Shown here: positions 52,399-64,000 of the stretch, piece after piece
How positions within the stretch are numbered: position 1 is the stretch's first letter
Layout of the letters: each line of letters opens with the position of its first letter
From: Octopus vulgaris
Taxonomy: Eukaryota
DNA: 64,000 nucleotides
Assembly: GCA_951406725.2 (NCBI GenBank)
Contig: OX597835.1
Location: 27,466,001-27,530,000, forward strand
Direction of reading: 5' to 3'
Notes under the pieces: model-generated
What the model was told of the DNA's origin: nothing
The model's input: the letters and a program-made list of their open reading frames with translations, nothing else
Databases searched by the model: none
Position numbers and translations under genes: made by a program

Positions 52399-53653
52399 TA
52401 CTACTACCACTACTACTACTATTATTATTATTATTATTATTATTATTAAGGTGGTCAGCTGGCAGAATTGTTAGCATGCTGAGCAGAATGCATAGCGGCA
52501 TTTTGTTTGGCTTTCTTTTTTTCCGAGTTCAAATTCCACCAAGGTCAACTTTATATTTCATCATTTTGGGGTCAATGTAACAAGTACCAATTGAGTTCTG
52601 GGGTTGAAGCAATTGCCCAGCCCCTCCCCCAAATTTCCAGGCTTTGTGCCTATTGTAGAAAGGGTTATTATCATCATTGTTATTATTAAGGTGGCCCTCG
52701 TGGCAAAATTTGAAACCATTATTATTATCATAATTATTATTATTATTCTATTGTCTCTGTACAGCTTCCAATTATTATTATTATTATTATTAGCGCTTGT
52801 GGCCAATAAAATTAATAATAATAATAATTATTATTATTTTCTCTTTATCAAAGGTTTTGTTGGAGCTCCTCAAGTCTTGTATGTGTAGCAGGCTTACTAC
52901 CTGCAGTCTACGGTACCCCGCTATTAGTTCTTTTCAGCTATCTAATCATCATCATTATTATTATTATTATAATTATTATCTTCACCATCATCATTATTAT
53001 TAAGGCTGAGATAAGACAGAATCATTAGCGTGTCCCAGACAAAATGCTAAACAGCATCTCCTCTGGCTTTTTATGTTCTGAGATCAAATGTGATTGAGGT
53101 CAACTTTGCCTTTTAGTTTTTCAGGCTCAATAGAATATGTACCAAACTCTGGAGTCGACACAATCAATACCGAACCCTCCTGAAAATTGCTGTTCTTGTA
53201 CCATAATTAGAAACAACTGTTATATTATTGCTGTTGTTGTCAGAGTTATTATCATTATGATGATGATAATGATGATGATGATGATGGTGGAATTGAAGAG
53301 AATTTTAGATTATTAGAAATTAGTAATGTTAAATGCATTGTTAGATTAGTAATGTTAAAGGCATTGTTAGTTTATAGCAAAAAAAAAAAAAAGAAGTAAT
53401 AAAAATGCATAAAGAAAAAGCAGGTTTGAAACAGGGTTTGTTATAACTGTTACAGAGATGTAATGCTTGTATCTGTTAAATTTTGTTTGGATGTCAGACT
53501 TTAGGAAGCGTAAGAAAGTTTCAATAAAAATATTAAAAAAAAACCTTCTCACACATTTTTTTTTGTTTTTGCTATAAACTTTGACAGAACAGACCTGCAA
53601 TACAGTGTAAAACAGAAAACTGTAACTATAATAAAATGCAATTTTTGGTTTTT

Positions 53654-53722
<69 letters not shown>

Positions 53723-53935
53723 CATATATATATATTTATTTACTACCCACAAGGGGCTAAACATAGAGGGGACAGACAAGGACAGACAAACAGATTAAGT
53801 CGATTACATCGACCCTGAAAGGATGAAAGGCAAAGCTGACCTCGGCGGAATTTGAACTCAAAAGCAGTGGCGGACGAAACACGGCAAAGCATTTCGCCCG
53901 GCGTGCTAATGTTTCTGCCAGCTCGCCACCATGTC

Positions 53936-53972
<37 letters not shown>

Positions 53973-53974
53973 CA

Positions 53975-54037
<63 letters not shown>

Positions 54038-54936
54038 CAATTTATAAAACAAAAGATGGAATGAACAGGCATTAATCACAGATCACAACAATTGTTTCTG
54101 CGATTTGGCAACAGTTGTTACTTGCTGAGTTTTCCATGTCATACTATCATACTACTACATAAATAAAAATGATCCCGCAGTGACTATGTAATTTAATATG
54201 ATACGAATCCAACACTCTGACCACTAAGCTGTGAGGCTCTGCTAGCATCGTTTACAATTGACTGGTTGTGAATTCAATTCTCAGACCAGGCTGAGTGTTA
54301 TGTCCTTGAGCAAGACACTTTATTTCATGTTGCTTCAGTTCACTCACCTTTAGAAATGAGTTGTGACGTCACTGGTACCCAGCTGTGTCAGCCCCTTTGC
54401 CTTTCCCTTGGATAACATCGGTGGCATGGAAAGGGGAGCATAGGTGACTGCTGATCTTCTACAAAAAGGAACCTTGCTTGGACTTGTGCCTCAAAGGGGA
54501 ACTTTCTAAGTGCAATTCTATGGTCATTAATGAACAAGGGGAAGGGTTATTTAATATAAGCACATGGCTTAGTGGTTAGGGCATTCAGCTCACGATTGTA
54601 AGGTCGTGAGTTCAATTCTTGGCGACGCATTAAGTCCTTGAGCAAGACACTTTATTTCATGTTGCACCAGTCCATTCAGCTGGCAAAAATGAGTGAATAC
54701 CTGTATTTCAAAGGGCCAGTCTTGTCACTCTCTGTGTCATGCTGAATCTTCTTGAGAAGTACGTTAAGGGTACACGTGTCTATGGAGTACTCAGCCACCT
54801 GCATCTTAATTTCATGAGCAGGCTGTTCCGTTAATCGGATCAGCTAGAACCCTCGTCGTCGCAACTGATGGAATGCTCCTCCATATATAGATAGATATAT
54901 TAATATTTAAACATTATCAGTCATATATATGCAACA

Positions 54937-55089
54937 TAGGCTGTGATTTGGCATTGTGGAGAGTACTCTCACAAAGCAACAGGTGTTAAAACATCTGAAA
55001 GTCGTAGACAGGTGAGATTCCAGACTTTCAGGTATTTAAATACCCGATACTTTGAGAGGGTACTCTCCACCATGCGAAATCTCAGCCTA
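54937..55089. repeat. Imperfect inverted repeat (MITE-like hairpin)
   Basis: Arms 54937-55003 and 55023-55089, roughly 80% complementary by eye. Confidence 0.65.
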
Positions 55090-57736
55090 CCAGCAAATAC
55101 AGAAAGCATAAACGTTATGTATATGTAGCCGATAACATATATTACTCTAGTGCCGCTTCAATATCATATTTGAATATATTTGTGTGTGTGTGTGTGTGTA
55201 TTGGGAAAGTCAAAAGGCAGATATTTCAAGATTTCTCTTGTTAAGTACATATCTACATAACAGCTGAATAACCACATAGTCTGCATAAATTATTAGTTTT
55301 GAAAAAAAAAAAATTTTTCTTTCCTTTTCTTCTTTTTGTTGTTGTTTTTGTTTGAAGGCAAATGATTTCTGAGAGCCAATTCCGTGTTGCTGAAGAGCAA
55401 TTGACTTAAAAAACCATCCGTTATTTAGATTAGAAAGTCTTAAGAAAATTCTCCAATGGCCCTTACGTCTTCAGTAACCACTTCAGACATACTTCTCATT
55501 TATTTTACCATTATTATTATTATTATTACTACTACTACTATTACTATTATTATTATTATCATTATTATTATTACGACTGTAATTATTATCATTATTAAGA
55601 AGAAGATGATAATGGCGATGATAACGATGATGGCGATGATTATGATGATGATGCGGAGGAGGAAGATGATCGTCAAGTGTTACAAGAGAAGCAACTGTGC
55701 ACAACACTGTTTTGATATAAAATGAAGAGATGAATAAGCGATGGCTTATTTTTTTGCTAGGCATCAGGCCAGTTCTGTACGAGGAGACTAATCTGTATTG
55801 TTAACTGAAATGGACTCTAGTAATATCAATTTAATGCGACCTTCTCTCTTTGTCCCTCTCCCACTTCCAGTGGTTCAAATACTGGAAGAAGTAATTCTGG
55901 TATTAATCTTAGAAAAGAGATATTAATTGAGATAATATCGAATTTATGAAGGCGTGGCCGGTGTGGTAAGAGGTTTGCTTCCCAACCACATGATTCCAGG
56001 TTCAGTCCCACTGCATGGCACCTTGGGTAAACACCTTCTACAATAACCCCAGGGACAACCAAAGTCTTATGAATGGATTAGATAGATGGAAACTGAAAGA
56101 AGCCCTGGGCGACATGCTGTGCTTAAGGAGACCTAGTGAGTCAAGTACAGCAACCTCAACAGCAATATCAAAATCAAATCAAATGGACATTGTAGTTGTG
56201 AGCCCCGTGCCGGTGGCATGTAAAAAGCACCCACTACATTCTTGGAGTGGTTGGCGTTAGGAAGGGCATCCAACTACAGAAACACTGCCAGATCAGATTG
56301 GAGCCAAGTGCAGCCACGTGGCTTCTCAGGCCCCAGTCGAACTGTCCAACCCATGCCAGCATGGAAAATGGATATTAAAAGATGATGATGAAGATTGATG
56401 ATGATGATGATATATATTTGTGTGTGTGTCTTTTTGTTTGTACCCACCCTGGGCTGACCAAAGTCTTCTGAGTGGATTTAGTTGATGGAAATTGAAGAAG
56501 CCCATTGTGTGTGTGTGTGTGTGTTTACATGTTTATGTGTCCTTGTCTTGACATCACATGATACTTGTGAAATGACGGTCACCGTCAAAGAAGCAGAGTC
56601 ATTTGTTTCCAACATTCTGTGAGAACATATCTGGCCATGGGGGAAATATTACCTTGCTAGGAATCGGGTGAGGGTTGGCAACAGGAAGGACATCCAGCCG
56701 TAAAAAATAAAACTCTGTCCAACCCATGCCAGCATGGAAAAACGGATGTTAATGCGGATGATAGAATGACGAAAATATGGATTACTACTATGGCTTATGG
56801 TACTTTAAGAAAACAACAACAAAAATAAAAAAAATTTTTTTTAAAATCAGGAAGTCTATAAACCAGAATGAACAAAAGATTTAACGGTAATTATCAAAGA
56901 AATTAATAACAGCTGAAGTGGAATGTGGAATAATCAAAGAACACATTAAACACAAAACAAAGCAAGCTTTGGTCTGTCAAGGAGTTTTTCAATCAAATAA
57001 ATGTAAACAGATAGAGAAAGCTGTAAGTAAATAGATTTACGAAAAAAAAAAAAGTAACTCTATTAGTTATATTGGACACAGAATTGGAATGTAAGAGTAG
57101 TTTTGGTAAGAGTAAAAGACATGGCATCTCATTCAGAGAGATTTTAGAGAAAATGGGTATTGCATTGGCACAAATGAATCAATGAGGATGTCTGTAGATA
57201 AGGCATGGCTAACCTTTATTAAAAAGTGGGCCGCATGAGACATAACACATCCTCAGGTGGGCCACACTACCAAAAAAAAAAAAAATGAAGGTTATTTTTC
57301 ATGGCACTGTGGGCCACAGGTTACCCATGACTGATCTACGTAGATTCTGCGAATGTACATGGCTTAGTGGTTAGGGTATAAGGCTTATGATTGTAAGGAT
57401 GTGAGGTCAATTCTCAGCGACGTGTTCTGTTCCTAACACGAGCTTAACGATAACTAAGTAATTAGACTAAATTCTTTCTTATATTTGAAATTAATCGAAA
57501 GAAATCAGAGCAATCTGTTACAGAAATACGGTAACAGAAATATGGTAAGTAATCATTGTATTCCAATTTCTTTCATTTTTCAATGAGCAGCAGATGAGAA
57601 ACTATCTTTTAATATAGACACAATACAATCTACACTTTCAGGATTTTGGACAAAGTTTTCAGAAATAACCCAATAAGTTTACCATTAATTCCGTGAAATA
57701 CTCACAGGTCCTGCTAGTTATTACTACTACTACTAC

Positions 57737-57778
<42 letters not shown>

Positions 57779-57780
<2 letters not shown>

Positions 57781-58064
57781 GTTTAACTTTTGCTTTACAT
57801 TTGTACAAGTTGGCTCCAAGTCTCACCCAGAGACCTCAAGAGACAACAGGTTGGAAGTTCATGTTGTTGTTACCTAGTGTGCCATATATTTGGTTTTGTA
57901 TTTAGTGTTGTACTAGTGAATGTCTAAAAAAACATACGAAAGTTACGTTTGTTTTAAAACTTGAGATTACATAGAAAGTATTTTGCGTAGGATATGAGCA
58001 GTTCCCATGAGCACTATTTTTTGAATTTCTGCCATTTTGGGGTTTCCTGGTATCTGAGTTAGGG
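57779..58064 (-). mobile_element. 5'-truncated R4/Dong-like LINE 3' end in a (TAA)n microsatellite
   Basis: Minus strand LTQIPGNPKMAEIQKIVLMGTAHILRKILSM* (stop 57969-57967); (TAA)n on both sides. Confidence 0.75.
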
Positions 58065-59490
58065 GTTATAATAATAATAATAATTATTATTATTATTAAG
58101 GCAGCAAGCTAGTAGAATTGTTACCTCACTGGACAAAATGCTTAGCAGCATTTTTTGTGACTTCATGTTCAGAGTTCAAACGACGTGGGGGTTGACCTTG
58201 CTTTTCATCCTTTTGGGGTCGATAAATTAACTACCAGTGGAACACTGGGGTCAAATTTCAGGCCTTGTGCCTTTAGTAGAAAGGATTATTATGATCATTA
58301 TTAGGTGACAGAATTGTTATCATGCACAGCGAAGCGCATAGTGGTAGTTCGTTGGTCCTTATGTTCAGAGTTCAAATTCCACTGAGGTTGACTTTGTCTT
58401 TCATCTTTTTGGGGGTCAATGAAATAAGTACCAGTGAAATACTGGGGTTGATGTGATCGATTAGTCCCCTCCCACCAAGTTTCAGGCCTTGTGCTTTCAG
58501 CAGAAATAATTACCATTATTATTATTAGGTGGTGAGCTGGCAGAATCGTTAGCAAGCCCAGCAAAATGCATGGTAGTATTTCATTAGTATTCAAAGGCGA
58601 CGAGCTGGCAGAAATGTTAGCACACCGGGCGAAATGCCTAGCGGTATTTTATCTGTCGCTACGTTCTGAGTTCAAATTCTGCCGAGGTCGACTTTGCCCT
58701 TCATCCTTTTGGTGTCGATTAAATAAGTACCAGTTACGCACTGGGGTCGAAATAATTGACTTAATCCGTTTGTCTGTCCTTGTTTGTCCTCTCTGTGTTT
58801 AGCCCCTTGTGGGTAGTAAAGAAATAAGTATTTCATTGGTCATTATGTTCAGAGTTCAAATTCCACCGAGGATGACTTTGCCTTTCAACCTTTTGGGGTC
58901 AATAAAATAAATACCAGTTGAGTACTGGGGTCAATATAATCAACTAGCTTCCTTCCCCAAAATTTCAGGTCCTGTGCCTGTAGTAGAAAGGGTATCATCA
59001 TCATCATCCTCATCATAATCATAATATCCAGTGTTCATCAAATGTGCTCTCTCATCTTCACTTTCCTCCAATCCCTCCTTCCCTCCGCACGATGGCTAAC
59101 GATAGGGAAAACAGCCAAACACAGCCATTTTCCTTCTAGCTATCCATCCGACAGTGGTGATGGCAATTATGATGGCTGCGATAACGAAGACGATGAAGAC
59201 TGCAATGATTACTATGATGGAGGTGGCGGCGCTGGTGGTGGTGGTGGCAGGGATGGGGATTAACGATGGCGGCGAGTTTGGTGATGACGCCGACGTTGGC
59301 AAGAATAATGACGATTGCCAATCAAATAATAATTCATGAGCATTATCTGTTGTCAACCTATTTATGTGTCGAGGGTATGTGTATATACACACACACACAT
59401 AAAGCATTATTATCAGAGTTTGACCCAATTAGGAGTGAAGACACTGGCACTCCTTATCAAATAACATATGTAGCATTATATAAATAAATA

Positions 59491-59534
<44 letters not shown>

Positions 59535-59650
59535 TATTTGTGTGTATATATATATATAAATATATTTGTGTGTATATATATATATAAATATATTTGTGTG
59601 TGTATATATATATAAATATATATGTGTATATATATATATATAAATATATT

Positions 59651-59715
<65 letters not shown>

Positions 59716-59741
59716 AATATATATGTGTATATATATAAATA

Positions 59742-59785
<44 letters not shown>

Positions 59786-59994
59786 TGTGTGTGTGTGTGT
59801 GTATAAATATATAGAGAGAGATAGATAGGTATATATAGAGAGAGAGAAAGAGAGAGAGGGAGAAAGAGAGATAGATAGATAGATAGATAGGTATATATAT
59901 ATATATGTACATATATGTGCATGTGTGTGTGTGTGTGTGTATATATAAATATAGATAGAGAGACAGATAGGTGTATATATATATGTATATATTT

Positions 59995-60043
<49 letters not shown>

Positions 60044-60497
60044 CATACATATATGCATATGCAATTCTCATTACTGCTTTTCAAATGCCTGGTGAACCTT
60101 TCTTAACCTCGGCACCCTCTCCTACCCCACGAAACTCTACATATCCATAAATATTGTGCATATACACATGTGTGTGTGTGTGTTGTGTGTGTGTGTGTGT
60201 GTGTGTAGATATGGTTTCACATACGTATAGCCATATGCATTCCCTTCAGTCTTCCTTGGATTCTCTGTATGGATTTATCAATAAAGGATAACAACAACAA
60301 CAACAATAATAATAACAATAATAATAATAACAATAATAATAATAATAATAATAATGATAATAATAATAATATGGGGACCGGAAAGAATTGGTAAACTCAG
60401 TGATACATTGTTATTGATTGCAAGCTGATGCTAATACGTGCTACATTCTTATCATGGTGCCAATCTCCCCAGGGAGTAAGTATCTAGTATATAAAAC

Positions 60498-60549
<52 letters not shown>

Positions 60550-60570
60550 TACATATGTGTATATATATAT

Positions 60571-60615
<45 letters not shown>

Positions 60616-60642
60616 TACATATATATATATATACACACACAT

Positions 60643-60673
<31 letters not shown>

Positions 60674-60722
60674 CACACACACATACATATATATATATAC
60701 ACACACATATATATATATATAT

Positions 60723-60768
<46 letters not shown>

Positions 60769-60828
60769 ATATATATATATACACACACATACACATATAT
60801 ATATACACACACACATACATATATATAT

Positions 60829-60859
<31 letters not shown>

Positions 60860-61177
60860 CACATGCACCTATATACTTGCATGTGTGGCTATAAAACATT
60901 ATTTAGATCGTAACCTGCCACCATCATTATTGATACAAAATGTTTTATGACTGGTGTAGTTAATTTTACACAAAGCATAGGCTAATTCATTATTGGGAAT
61001 AAATTCCGGAGAATTCCTAGGGAAGCTGCTTGTGGATCTAAATCCTAAAGGAGAATTCATGGATATTCACTTTTGCCAAGAAACGAAAAAAACAAAACAA
61101 AATGCAAGAGGGCTGAAGGTCGGGGTTTGAAGAACACAAATGTTAGTCTTCCCGCTTCTCGTGGTAATTGAACTTAC

Positions 61178-61199
61178 CAACATTCCACAATCTCATCAT
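61178..61199 (-). CDS. Candidate alternative first coding exon of unc-13 (MMRLWNV+G)
   Basis: TAA ATG ATG AGA TTG TGG AAT GTT G|GTAAGT; phase-1 donor fits the phase-1 acceptor at 41657. Short enough to be chance. Confidence 0.25.
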
Positions 61200-62906
61200 T
61201 TAATTTTATTATCATGGCACTTATTTACAGTAAATGTTTTAATTTATCACGACAGACTGCCTGAACTAATTTATGCTTTAATTAAAAAAATCAACAAAAA
61301 TGACAAAAAATACAAAACAGAAATGAACACATAACAACAAAACAGATTATTAAAAAAAAAAAATCACTTAGTAATCTATTTATAGTTAATGTTTCTAACG
61401 AAGAAATCACAAAGTTTATTTGATAATTTTCAGTCTGTTATTATGAAGATGAAGATAGATAAGATTGGCTGTGTGATTAAGAAGTTTGCTTCTCAACCAT
61501 GAACTCGTGATCATGAGGTTGTGGTTTCAATTCTCGGACCAGGTGATGTGCTCTGCTCTTGAGTAAAACACTTCATTTCGCACTGCCCCAGTCCACTAAG
61601 CTGTAAATGGGCAACCCTGTAATGAACTAGCATCCTGTCTGGGAAGAATGTTGTAATCTTGGCACTGGAAACCAGGTAACCAGCCCTAAAAGTTCTAGGA
61701 CTTGAGACAGAAATGTCCAGAGGAACTTAATCGTTATTTTTTCTTTGAGGGGAATTCAACATCATTTGCATTTGAAAAAAAAAAGATAAAAAACAGAACA
61801 AAAAAAAAAACCGAAAATATTCTTTTCTACACAAGGCCCGAAATTTTTGGGGAGGGGGGCAGTCAATTAGATTGACCCCAATAAGCAATTGGTACTTAAT
61901 TTTATCGACCCTGAAAGGGTGAAAAGCAAAGTTGACCTTGGTGGAATTTGAACTCAGAACATAAAGACAGGTGAAATACCGCTAAGCATTTCACCTGGCA
62001 TGCTAACCTTTCTGTGGGCTCATCATTTTGTACAAATAATATATCCTTTTCTGCTCTAAGCACAAGGCCAGAAATTTTGGGGGAGGCGGGACAGTCGATT
62101 AGATCGACCCCAGTACTCCACTGGTACTTAATTTATTGACCCCGAAAGGATGAAGAGCAAAGTTGATCTCAGCGGAATTTGAACTCAGAACGTAAAGACA
62201 GATGAAATACCGCTAAGCATTTCACCTGGCATGCTGACGTTTCTGCCAGCTCGCCACCTAGAAAATATTACTATAAAAATGTTGGCAACCCAGCATGGCC
62301 ACAACCTCTGGCAGAAACTCGTAACAGAATAATATAATAGAATAAATAAATAATGTAACACAGGTGACAAAAATACAATCAAAAGCACATTTTATTCTCT
62401 CACAGAGACATCCTTGCTAATAGATTCAAGGTCTCTTGTTTTCTCCCGGCTCACACTTGCCATTTAAGCATCGACTCAAATGTATGTCATATCTAACAGA
62501 CACAAAAGCAAACCCATGTTCAGCATAATTAATAAACCAACTATACTGATATATATATATATACATACACATGGTGTGGCGTGTGTTGTTATATATTTCT
62601 CCATCTTGCACTGAAGTATTTTAAGTAGCAGCAGCCAGCAGCAATCACTTGTCTGCTATTGTCATGGCCTTCAAAGATTTAATAATCCTAGCTGTATAGG
62701 TATTACTTTCTATTCAGCATTGCATAAAAAAAATAAGATAATAATAATAATAATAATAAAGATAATAATGACCTTGAATGTCTATGTTTGCCCTGAACAC
62801 GTTTACGTCATGTTTTCTGCGAGGTTATCTAATTATTCTGTTAAGAAAGGAAACTCTCTATATATTTCTCAAACCATGAATGATGATGATGATGATAATA
62901 ATAACA

Positions 62907-62945
<39 letters not shown>

Positions 62946-64000
62946 CATGTGCCTGGTGTACCTTTATCAGACGGGTAGTCATGAAGGGTATATTGGGCTT
63001 CGTATATTTTACCCCAGTGTCACTTTGATGGCATGAACTGCTCTCTCACTCAATAATAATAATAATAATAATAATAATAATCATCATCATCATTGTTTAA
63101 CGTTCGCTTTCCATGCTAGTATGGGTTGGATGATTTTGACTGAGGTCTGGCGAACCAGATGGCTGCACCAGGCTCCAATCTTGATTTGGCAGAGTTTCTA
63201 CAGCTGGATGCCCTTCCTAACGCCAACCACTCTGAGGGTGTGGTGGGTGCTTTAATCCTTTCTACAATAGGCACTAGGCCTGAAAATTGGTGGTGGGAGG
63301 GGGTAAGTCAATCACATCAACCCCAGAATTTGACTGGTGCTTATTTGATTCCTACCCCCCGCTTCCCTGCCCCCTGAGAGGATGAAAGGCAAAAGTTGAC
63401 TTTGGCGGAATTTGAACTCAGAACATAAAGACGGAAGAAATTCCGCTCAGCATATTCTGACTGGTGTGGCTAACGATTCTGCCAGCTCACCACTTTTGGG
63501 GGGTGGGGGTAGGGAATTATCCTCAAAACGAAGAATATGTAGAGGTCCCCCCCACCACCACCACTATCACTCATTAGTTTGTTCTACAGATTTGAAACAT
63601 GACAAGTAAGAATCTGAAATTAATGCTTTCATCTATCTAAGAACAAGAAGACAAACAACAACAACATCCCTGGTAGGGAAGCTGGAGGAAGCTGGAGGAT
63701 GAGGTCAATTGAAATATATCACGTTTGTCAGAAGGGAATCATTATTCTTACCTACATTGTTATGATTTCTATACTAAGGCCCCAGCATCACCTGTCTACC
63801 AATCCCTGTGAATTCACACTTTTGTAAGCTATGTAACAGCCCCTTGTGGCATTGCTTTTGTAGAGAATAAAAGTTTATCATCATCATCACAATGGCACGG
63901 CTGTGCGGTAAGAAGCTTGCTTCCCGACCACATGATTCTGGGTTCAGTCCAACCATGTGGTACTTTGAGCAAGTGTTTTCTACAATAGCCTCAGGCCGAC

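Noticed and set aside
55467-55499. ATG mini-exon MRSMSEVVTED followed by GTAAG
   Set aside because: Phase 0 donor is incompatible with the phase 1 acceptor at 41657; no bridging exon found.
59457-60950. Long YI/HT/CV-repeat ORFs (also at 4, 13, 14.6, 33.5, 44.5-46 and 49-50.6 kb)
   Set aside because: Dinucleotide microsatellites lack stop codons; not protein coding.

Overview
Eukaryotic (animal) genomic DNA, very rich in microsatellites and SINEs; the repeat content suggests a coleoid cephalopod such as Octopus (inference). The only host gene I can support is an unc-13/Munc13 ortholog on the minus strand: 16 GT-AG exons between 41657 and 2298 splice in phase into a continuous 1760-nt ORF (about 586 codons) covering the C2B domain and the N-terminal part of the MUN domain. 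Both ends of the gene lie outside the window. The introns hold several tRNA-derived SINE families, hAT, piggyBac, Merlin-like and mariner MITEs, and remnants of HERO, R4/Dong, RTE and Penelope-like (PLE) retroelements. The most notable hidden signal is a set of PLE-type insertions (inverted pLTR plus tail, 13-14 bp TSDs on two of them) carrying type I hammerhead ribozymes, and a four-hairpin RNA module that covaries between two divergent families. A candidate in-phase alternative first exon of unc-13 lies at 61178-61199. Most ORFs in the supplied track are microsatellite artefacts.
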